A stretch of 32,000 bases of DNA from Geotalea daltonii FRC-32. GTDB lineage: Bacteria; Desulfobacterota; Desulfuromonadia; Geobacterales; Geobacteraceae. Numbering within the stretch: the first letter of the stretch is position 1; every line of letters starts with the position of its first letter. Below, in pieces: positions 1 through 7,200 of this stretch. A program made the position numbers and the translations under genes. Under the pieces are notes generated by a model. That model worked only from the letters and a program-made list of their open reading frames with translations, was not told where the DNA came from and did not search any database. Location: NCBI RefSeq assembly GCF_000022265.1, contig NC_011979.1:960001-992000 (forward strand). The letters are read 5' to 3'.

Positions 1-1
1 C

Positions 2-721
2 AGGACGCCGCTCAACTCCCATACCCTCTCACTGCTGGGCTTCTGGCTGCTCATCGCCCTCTATAGCCATATCGGCGGTCATCATGTGCTGCAGTCCCCC
101 ATTCCCAACTGGCTGAAGGCGGTCTCGATTGTCGATTCGGTGGCCATGGTGGTTCCGGTCTCCATAGTGGTTCTCAATCTGTGGCTGACCGCCCGCCAGC
201 GGGGAAGGCTCATCTGGGGAGACCCTGCAGCCCGGCTGATCATGGCGGGTATCGCCTGGTATCTCATCACCTGCATCCAGGGGCCGGTGCAGTCGCTTCC
301 CTATCTGCAGCGGGTCACCCACTTCAATAATTGGACCGTCGGCCATGCCCATATTGCCATGCTCGGCTTCGGCGGCTATATCGCCCTCGGCGCCATGTAC
401 CACATCCTGCCACTGGTGACGGGCCGCTGTATCTACTCGAACAGGCTGGTAAACCTCCAGTTCGGCCTCATCACCTTCGGCCTGACCGGCTTTTTCATCG
501 TCCTCACCATCGCCGGCCTGATCCAGGGCAACGCCTGGAACAACGGCGAGACCGTCTATCGGGTGCTGCCCCAATTGGCCCCATACTTCATCTCACGGGC
601 CGCACTGGGTGTGTTCATCCTGACCGGCGCCAGCGTCGGCTTTTACAACGTGGTGATGAGCATCCGAGCCGGTCGGGAGCTTTCAGTCGGTGAGCTGCAG
701 CGGGCGGAGGAAGCGGCATGA
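2..721 (+). CDS. ccoN: cbb3-type heme-copper oxidase subunit I (CcoN-like), C-terminal part; 5' end lies upstream of the window
   Basis: The frame is open from the window edge (codons from nt 2) to TGA 719-721; the listed ORF 86..721 merely starts at an internal GTG. Polytopic hydrophobic protein with the adjacent-His motif YSHIGGHHV and NWTVGHAHIAMLGFGG, which I recognise as heme-ligand helices of C-family oxidase subunit I. The stop overlaps the ATG of a CcoO-like gene (ATGA). Confidence 0.8.
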   Translation, partial: RTPLNSHTLSLLGFWLLIALYSHIGGHHVLQSPIPNWLKAVSIVDSVAMVVPVSIVVLNLWLTARQRGRLIWGDPAARLIMAGIAWYLITCIQGPVQSLPYLQRVTHFNNWTVGHAHIAMLGFGGYIALGAMYHILPLVTGRCIYSNRLVNLQFGLITFGLTGFFIVLTIAGLIQGNAWNNGETVYRVLPQLAPYFISRAALGVFILTGASVGFYNVVMSIRAGRELSVGELQRAEEAA

Positions 722-1704
722 AGATGACCCCGGCCTTGCTCATCGTTGGGGCGCTGATGGTCTTCTGGGCCTCCACCTTCGTCATCATCGGCCTGCCGGT
801 CATGACCATGAGCGATAAGCCTTCGGAGATCTGGCGGCCGATGACTTCGGCAGAGCGGGAAGGGCACCGCCTCTATGTGCAGAATGGCTGCAGTTACTGC
901 CATTCTCTCTTTATCCGCATCAACGACTGGGACATTGGCGCTGAACGGATCGCCGAGAGCGGTGACTACGTAGCCCAGGAGCCTGCCATTCTCGGTAGTG
1001 AGCGCACCGGCCCCGATCTTTCTCAAGAAGGGGGGGAGCATTCCGATGACTGGCACAAGGCCCACTTCATCAATCCCCGTTACACCAGCCCCATTTCATT
1101 GATGCCGTCATGGGAGTTTCTTGGCGAGGAGAAGATCCGCAAACTGACGGCCTATATTCAGGCACTGGGGTGGAAGATGGCTGATGTGCGGGTCGCCCGC
1201 CAGCAACAGTGGAAGCAGCAGGCAGTTACCGCTTATGAATCCGGCGCCGATGCCAACATCAAGTGGCTGCACGGCCAGGTTCCCGTCGTCTGGCGACCGA
1301 TGCCCAACCCTTACCCAGCTTCGCCGGCGGCCCTGTTGCGGGGTAAACGGATCTACCAGGAGTTCTGCATCAACTGCCATGGTCCCATCGGTGACGGTAA
1401 GGGGCCTGCCGCCTCCCACCTCTACCCGCCGCCGCTGGATTTTACGACATTGAGGAGGCACCTGGAGGCCAACCGTTACATCGGCGGCATCTTCTACTAC
1501 CAGATCATGAACGGCATCACCGGCACCGCCATGCCCTACTTCAAGAAGCACCTGGAGTCGGAAAAGATCTGGGACCTGGCCAATTACCTGGGGGTGAGCT
1601 TTCTCGGCTATACGGATGCCAACATCGGGCCGCGGGGGATCGATGCCTCCTTTGAAGAGTTGTGGCGCAATCAATACCGTCCGCCGAGCAAAACGGGAGA
1701 GTGA
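718..1704 (+). CDS. ccoO: cbb3 oxidase subunit II (CcoO/FixO-like) fused to a C-terminal monoheme cytochrome c domain
   Basis: N-terminal TM helix and a CSYCH heme site, followed by ERTGPDLSQEGGEHSDDWHKAHFINPRYTSPISLMPSW, a FixO-family signature from memory. A second CINCH site with GTAMPYF downstream lies in the last third. 4-nt overlap with ccoN. Confidence 0.8.
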   Translation: MKMTPALLIVGALMVFWASTFVIIGLPVMTMSDKPSEIWRPMTSAEREGHRLYVQNGCSYCHSLFIRINDWDIGAERIAESGDYVAQEPAILGSERTGPDLSQEGGEHSDDWHKAHFINPRYTSPISLMPSWEFLGEEKIRKLTAYIQALGWKMADVRVARQQQWKQQAVTAYESGADANIKWLHGQVPVVWRPMPNPYPASPAALLRGKRIYQEFCINCHGPIGDGKGPAASHLYPPPLDFTTLRRHLEANRYIGGIFYYQIMNGITGTAMPYFKKHLESEKIWDLANYLGVSFLGYTDANIGPRGIDASFEELWRNQYRPPSKTGE

Positions 1705-1706
1705 TC

Positions 1707-1907
1707 ATGTGCAGCCTGGGATTCAATGCCTTTCTTGCCATGTGGCTCGGCTTTCTGGCGGTGATGATTACGGCCATCACCTTGGCGCTTGTCTGGGCGG
1801 TCCGGTCGAGGCAATTCTCCGATCAGGACCGGGCCCGCTACCTGCCGCTGGAAAGCGGTATTCCCGCTAAGGAGGAATTGAAACGACACAAGGGGAAAAC
1901 ACGATGA
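1707..1907 (+). CDS. ccoS: cbb3 oxidase maturation protein CcoS/FixS-like (66 aa)
   Basis: Single TM helix followed by WAVRSRQFSDQD, close to the W-x-x-K/R-S-G-Q-F/Y-D/E-D signature of CcoS as I remember it. ATG 1707 lies 2 nt after the ccoO stop; the longer listed ORF (1662) would overlap ccoO by 43 nt. Confidence 0.6.
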   Translation: MCSLGFNAFLAMWLGFLAVMITAITLALVWAVRSRQFSDQDRARYLPLESGIPAKEELKRHKGKTR

Positions 1908-2188
1908 TGACTTTCAACCTTTATGTGCAGCAGAACCAGTGGGTTGTGGTGACTCTCCTTGCGGGAGCCACCCTGATGATCCTTGTCTGCCTCACTTACC
2001 TGGCCATGTGGCGTCCCCGTGAAGAGGAGGCCCGTCGGGACAGGGAGATCAGGATTCAGGGGCCGCTGAGTTTCTTCCACTGGGTCTTGAGCTTCATGCC
2101 CTGGCCCCTGGTGCTTATCATTTTCGGCACGTTCATCTATGGCGTCGGGCACACGGTGATGGCCATGACCCAGCTCCCCAACTGGTGA
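1904..2188 (+). CDS. hypothetical small membrane protein (94 aa, two predicted TM helices)
   Basis: The ATGATG start overlaps the ccoS stop (ATGA). Hydrophobic segments VVVTLLAGATLMILVCLTYLAMW and WPLVLIIFGTFIYGVGHTVMAM. No family recognised; called from operon coupling and hydrophobicity. Confidence 0.5.
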   Translation: MMTFNLYVQQNQWVVVTLLAGATLMILVCLTYLAMWRPREEEARRDREIRIQGPLSFFHWVLSFMPWPLVLIIFGTFIYGVGHTVMAMTQLPNW

Positions 2189-2195
2189 GGCTGCC

Positions 2196-2507
2196 ATGGC
2201 GGAAAAGAAAAAATACGACGAGCAGCGGGAACTCCCCAGCCCATGGGAATGGGTGATCATCACCCTTTTGAGCCTGGTCATCATCGCCTACGGCCTCCTT
2301 GCCTATCGCTTTGTTCTTGAGGGCCCAAGGCACTGGGATTTCGGCCAGCTGCCCGATACGCCTGCGGAATCCATCTATTCCACCGAAGAGCCGCCCCCCC
2401 GGGATGGGAAATTGCCTCGACAGCTCCCGAAACTGCCGGAGGCACAGCCGGAGAACCCGCCAAAGCCGCCCAACCAGCAGCTGAGAGAGCGGAGCCCGAA
2501 CCGATGA
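2196..2507 (+). CDS. hypothetical single-TM protein with Pro-rich C-terminal tail (103 aa)
   Basis: ATG 7 nt after the previous stop. TM segment WEWVIITLLSLVIIAYGLLAY, then a Pro/Glu/Lys-rich tail (PPPRDGKLPRQLPKLPEAQPENPPKPPNQ). Its stop overlaps the next ATG (ATGA). No family recognised. Confidence 0.5.
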   Translation: MAEKKKYDEQRELPSPWEWVIITLLSLVIIAYGLLAYRFVLEGPRHWDFGQLPDTPAESIYSTEEPPPRDGKLPRQLPKLPEAQPENPPKPPNQQLRERSPNR

Positions 2508-2995
2508 AAAAGATAGCGGCAGCTTTTGTCATTTTTGCAGCCCTAATCGTGGCGGGCCTCTTCGGCCTGGTGCTGTACAAGGGTCCTCGCATGCAGATCC
2601 AGCAGCACCTGCGCGCCTACCAGTGGGTCCAGCCGCCGCCGGTGGATGGGGTGGTGCCGGTTACCCTGCCGGAGCAGCTGCCTTCCATGGAAGCTGCTCC
2701 GGCGGTGAGAAATCCGCTGCCGGATACGGCGGAAAACCGGCAGCGGGGACGCGTTTATTATCATTACTATTGTATCTTCTGCCATGGAAACGAAGGCGCC
2801 GGCAACGGGCCGGTCGGGGAGAGCTACATGCCGGTACCGGCAGACCTGCGCTCGAAGCGGGTCACCCGATACGGTGATGGCTACCTCCTGCGCAACATGC
2901 TGCTGGGCATTGGTCATGAACCGGTGCTGGAACGGGTAGTGCCCCCCAGGCATCGCTGGTACCTGGTGACTTATGTGCGGTCGCTGGGGAGGTAA
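2504..2995 (+). CDS. membrane-anchored monoheme c-type cytochrome (163 aa)
   Basis: N-terminal hydrophobic anchor AAAFVIFAALIVAGLFGLVLY and a single CIFCH site in a class I context (YYHYYCIFCHGNEGAGNGP). Last gene of the coupled oxidase operon. Confidence 0.75.
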   Translation: MKKIAAAFVIFAALIVAGLFGLVLYKGPRMQIQQHLRAYQWVQPPPVDGVVPVTLPEQLPSMEAAPAVRNPLPDTAENRQRGRVYYHYYCIFCHGNEGAGNGPVGESYMPVPADLRSKRVTRYGDGYLLRNMLLGIGHEPVLERVVPPRHRWYLVTYVRSLGR

Positions 2996-3166
2996 ATTTC
3001 AGGGTTTAATATTTGCTTACTTTTCCTGCCTGATTCTGCTATTTTTCCGCATAGTTGTGTCTTTGACAATCGACACGGAAGGCGACAAAGAGGGACATGT
3101 CGCCTCTGCGCAGCAGCGCCTGTCGTTCGAGCTGTGTCGAAACAGCATTTATGCAAGGAAAAGCGG

Positions 3167-4003
3167 ATGAAAAGTGGAATTCAGGAAAATCCGGAAGAGG
3201 CAGTGCGGGGTGGGACCGAAAAGGAGTTGCGCCACGCCCATGAAGAGCTGGAACAGCGCGTTATGGAACGGACGGCCGAACTGGTAAAAGCTCTGAAAGA
3301 CTTGCACCAAAAGGAACATATGCTATTGCAGCAAAGCCGTCTTGCTGCCATGGGAGAGATGATAAGCAACATTGCCCACCAATGGCGTCAGCCGCTCAAT
3401 TCACTGGGCCTGAACATTCAGCGACTGAGCCTTTATCACGACGAAGGAAAATTAAGCAAGGAAGTTCTCGACCAGTCAGTGGACGTCTCAATGAAGCTCA
3501 TACAGCACATGTCGCAGACCATTGACGATTTCAGGAACTTTTTCAAGCCGGACAAGGAAAAGTTGAGCTTCAAGGCTAGTGTCGTTGTTGCCAATGTCAT
3601 AGCCCTCATAACCGGCAGCTTCAACCATAACCAGATCACAATCGACCTGGAGTGCGTGGACGATCCGATCATCTATGGCTACCAGAATGAATACTCCCAG
3701 GTTCTCCTCAATATATTGATGAATGCCAGGGATGCATTCGAGACGTGCAGCCACCATAACCGGCGGGTTCTTATTACCACCTGCCTGAGAAAGGCCAAAT
3801 CGGTAATAACTATTTGCGACAATGCAGGAGGGATTCCCGCAGATATACTGGAGAAGGTATTCGATCCCTATTTTACCACCAAGGGCCCCCATGGAACCGG
3901 CATAGGTTTGTTCCTGGCCAAGAACATCATTGAAAGAGGCATGCATGGCAGACTGACTGCGCGAAACACCGGTGAAGGTGCGGAATTCGCCATTGAGGTA
4001 TAA
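3167..4003 (+). CDS. cytoplasmic sensor histidine kinase core (HisKA + HATPase) with no recognisable input domain
   Basis: Coiled-coil leader, then H-box SNIAHQWRQPLN, N-box LLNILMNARDA and G-boxes DNAGGI and GTGIGL. No TM segments. ATG 3167 has AAGGAA 6 nt upstream; the maximal ORF starts at GTG 3134. Confidence 0.85.
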   Translation: MKSGIQENPEEAVRGGTEKELRHAHEELEQRVMERTAELVKALKDLHQKEHMLLQQSRLAAMGEMISNIAHQWRQPLNSLGLNIQRLSLYHDEGKLSKEVLDQSVDVSMKLIQHMSQTIDDFRNFFKPDKEKLSFKASVVVANVIALITGSFNHNQITIDLECVDDPIIYGYQNEYSQVLLNILMNARDAFETCSHHNRRVLITTCLRKAKSVITICDNAGGIPADILEKVFDPYFTTKGPHGTGIGLFLAKNIIERGMHGRLTARNTGEGAEFAIEV

Positions 4004-4024
4004 CATGCAGTCTGCACAAAAAAA

Positions 4025-4048
4025 GGCAACCGATGGAGATCGGTTGCC
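4025..4048 (-). terminator. stem-loop GGCAACCGAT-GGAG-ATCGGTTGCC, copy 1 of a duplicated terminator hairpin
   Basis: Perfect 10-bp stem with a 4-nt loop. It is preceded on the + strand by A7, which gives U7 after the hairpin for a minus-strand transcript. No T-tract on the + side, so it is a weak terminator for the kinase gene. Confidence 0.5.
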
Positions 4049-4052
4049 GAGT

Positions 4053-4168
4053 CTGATGAAAAAGCCCCATCTGCGGCGTTGCCCTTACTAGTCGTCGCTG
4101 CGGCGTACCGTTAAGTACGCCTCACTCCTCAGGTTTCGGGCGCCTTGCACCTGGGACTTTTTGATCAG
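4053..4168. repeat. 116-nt non-coding element with imperfect terminal inverted repeats (MITE/REP-like, or a structured small RNA)
   Basis: CTGATGAAAAAGCCCCA (4053-4069) versus the reverse complement of TGGGACTTTTTGATCAG (4152-4168) matches at 15 of 17 nt. Internal perfect hairpin GGCGTAC-CGTTAA-GTACGCC at 4102-4121. No ORF. It shares a 33-nt core with 26041-26073. Confidence 0.45.
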
Positions 4169-4197
4169 CCTTACATATTGTGACTTTGTCAGCAAAA

Positions 4198-4225
4198 GGC
4201 AACCGATGGATATCGGTTGCCTTTT
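4198..4225. terminator. bidirectional rho-independent terminator, copy 2 of the hairpin
   Basis: GGCAACCGAT-GGAT-ATCGGTTGCC flanked by AAAA (4194-4197) and TTTT (4222-4225). It lies about 25 nt downstream of the giant gene stop (4248) on the minus strand. Confidence 0.7.
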
Positions 4226-4247
4226 GCAGTTAACATCGTGAGAAACC

Positions 4248-7200
4248 TCAGATTGCTACCTGATTGCCGGTCAGAGTGTTGTTGTTTTCGTTTGCTTCCG
4301 TCACATAATTGAAGGTGTCGACGATGACTTTGTAGGTGTAGGTACCCGGCGCGATATTTGAAGGAATGGTGACCGGGATGGCGAGTGACTGGGTGGCGCC
4401 GGCTTGGAGGCTGCTCACATAGGTGGAGCCGATCTGGATGTTGGCGCCGGAGCTGCTGGTAATATACGCATGGACGTAGAAGGAGGATGCGTCACCTGAT
4501 CCGGTGTTGGCAATCGTCGTATTCAGCGAGAAGGACTGGCCAATACTTGCCGTCGCCGGGCCGGACACTGCGGTTGCCGAGAGATCGGAGCCGCTCACCG
4601 CGACCTGGTTGCCGGTCAGGGTGTTGTTGTTTTCGTTTGCTTCCACCACATAATTGAAGGTGTCGACAACGATTTTGTAGGTATATGTGCCATGGGCGGT
4701 AGTCGAAGGAATGTTGCCCGTGATGGCGAGTGACTGGGTGGCGCCGGCTGCAAGGCCGTTCACATAGGTGGAACCGATCTGGACATTGGCGCCGGAGCCG
4801 CTGGTAATGTACGCATGGACATAGAAGGAGGAGGCGTCACCCGATCCGGTGTTGGCGATGGATGCGTTGACGGTTACCGGTTTCCCGGTGTTTGCCGTCG
4901 CCGGGCCGGACACTGCGGTTGCCGTGAGATCGGAGCCGCTCACCGCGACCTGGTTGCCGGTCAGGGTGTTGTTGTTTTCGTTTGCTTCCGTCACATAATT
5001 GAAGGTGTCGACAACGATCTTGTAGGTATATGTGCCATGGGCGGTAGTCGAAGGAATGTTGCCCGTGATGGCGAGTGACTGGGTGGCGCCGGCTGCAAGG
5101 CCGTTCACATAGGTGGAACCGATCTGGACATTGGCGCCGGAGCCGCTGGTAATGTACGCATGGACATAGAAGGAGGAGGCGTCACCCGATCCGGTGTTGG
5201 CGATGGAGGCGTTGACGGTTACCGGTTTCCCGGTGTTTGCCGTCGCCGGGCCGGACACTGCGGTTGCCGTGAGATCGGAGCCGCTCACCGCGACCTGGTT
5301 GCCGGTCAGGGTGTTGTTGTTTTCGTTTGCTTCCGTCACATAATTGAAGGTGTCGACAACGATCTTGTAGGTATATGTGCCATGGGCGGTAGTCGAAGGA
5401 ATGTTGCCCGTGATGGCGAGTGACTGGGTGGCGCCGGCTGCAAGGCCGTTCACATAGGTGGAACCGATCTGGACATTGGCGCCGGAGCCGCTGGTAATGT
5501 ACGCATGGACGTAGAAGGAGGAGGCGTCACCCGATCCGGTGTTGGCGATGGAGGCGTTGACGGTTACCGGTTTCCCGGTGTTTGCCGTCGCCGGGCCGGA
5601 CACTGCGGTTGCCGTGAGATCGGAGCCGCTCACCGCGACCTGGTTGCCGTTCAGGGTGTTGTTGTTTTCAATTGCTTCCACCACGTAATTGAAGGTATCG
5701 ACAACGATTTTGTAGGTATATGTGCCATGGGCGGTAGTCGAAGGAATGTTGCCCGTGATGGCGAGTGACTGGGTGGCGCCGGCTGCAAGGCCGTTCACAT
5801 AGGTGGAACCGATCTGGACATTGGCGCCGGAGCCGCTGGTAATGTACGCATGGACGTAGAAGGAGGAGGCGTCACCCGATCCGGTGTTGGCGATGGAGGC
5901 GTTGACGGTTACCGGTTTCCCGGTGTTTGCCGTCGCCGGGCCGGACACTGCGGTTGCCGTGAGATCGGAGCCGCTCACCGCGACCTGGTTGCCGTTCAGG
6001 GTGTTGTTGTTTTCAATTGCTTCCACCACGTAATTGAAGGTGTCGACAACGATCTTGTAGGTATACGTGCCATGGGCGGTAGTCGAAGGAATGTTGCCCG
6101 TGATGGCGAGTGACTGGGTGGCGCCGGCTGCAAGGCCGTTCACATAGGTGGAACCGATCTGGACGTTGGCGCCGGAGCTGCTGGAAATATACGCATGGAC
6201 GTAGAAGGATGAGGCGGCTGTCGGTCCGATATTGGTAACGGTGGTGTTGACGGTTACCGTCTTGCCGGTGTTTGCGGTAGCAGGGCCGGATATTGCGGTA
6301 GCAGTCAGATCCACAGTGCCGTTGATCTGTATTGTCCGGGTTTTTGCTGCCTCCCGGAAGCCTGCCTTGTCAATGGCATAGTAGGTGATGGTGTGGGTGC
6401 CGTTGGTCGTCAGCTTTGTAGATGCCAGCGGGCCTGCAATGACAACTTCTGCTCCGTCGTTGATGCTGTAGTGAATTTCCTTAACGCCCGAGCCGGCATC
6501 GGCTCCGCTTAAGTTCACGGTCACAACGGTCGTATATGAGCCGTTACTACCCATGGTTCCCTGCAATGTGGCGGTCGTAACCGGCGGGGCTTTGTCGATG
6601 TTGACCGTAACGCTATTTACCGGCTCCGCTGCTCCATCCTTGTCTACGGCATAAAAAGTTACCGAATGGCTTCCATCGGCCGTTAAAATGAATGAGGCGG
6701 GTGAAGTCGGCTGAGTTGCTTCGCCGCCTTTATCGATCTCGTACCTGATCTCCTGCAGAGCGGCAGGAAGATCGTCTGTGATGTCGACGGTAACATCTGA
6801 AGAATACCAGCCGTTGCCGACAGCTGTTCCTGAGAGCGTTGCCACGGTTGAGGAATGGGTTTTTTCGAAAGCTCCCAGGTCCGGAGCAGCGCCATAGAAG
6901 GCGTAACCGAGGTCCAGGCCTTTTTCCAGGCAAGGGGAGAATGCCTGCAGGTGAAAATCTGCAGCTGTTGGGCTGACGAACAGGGGATCCTGGGATATGT
7001 CGTTGGCACCCGCTGCCACATTGCTGTAGTTGGTGCCGTTGTTCCAGACGTTGTTGTAATCGCTGGTGACCTTGCCGTAATCATAGGTGTACTTGCCGAT
7101 GCCGACACTATTGTTGGCAAAGATGTTGTTCTTCAATACCTTCACGGAGCCGGACCTGTCGTCTCCGGAAGCAAAGGCGGTACCGTTGTTGTAGAATACC

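Noticed and set aside
29-574. 181-aa minus-strand ORF at the window start
   Set aside because: It is antisense to the ccoN frame, which has clear oxidase subunit I signatures.
3063-3068. Perfect -35 hexamer TTGACA upstream of the kinase gene
   Set aside because: There is no acceptable -10 hexamer at 16-19 nt spacing (CAAAGA at the expected place), so I do not call a promoter here.
4815-6113. Four 87-aa + strand ORFs spaced exactly 345 bp apart
   Set aside because: They are antisense echoes of the CARDB repeat units. Their periodicity just reports the tandem repeat and they are not independent genes.
4251-6311. CRISPR array or diversity-generating retroelement target
   Set aside because: The repeats are 345 bp, contiguous, in-frame and coding, with no unique spacers, so this is not a CRISPR array. 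There is no reverse transcriptase or template repeat in the window, and the variants are not adenine-specific as far as I can see, so there is no support for a DGR.
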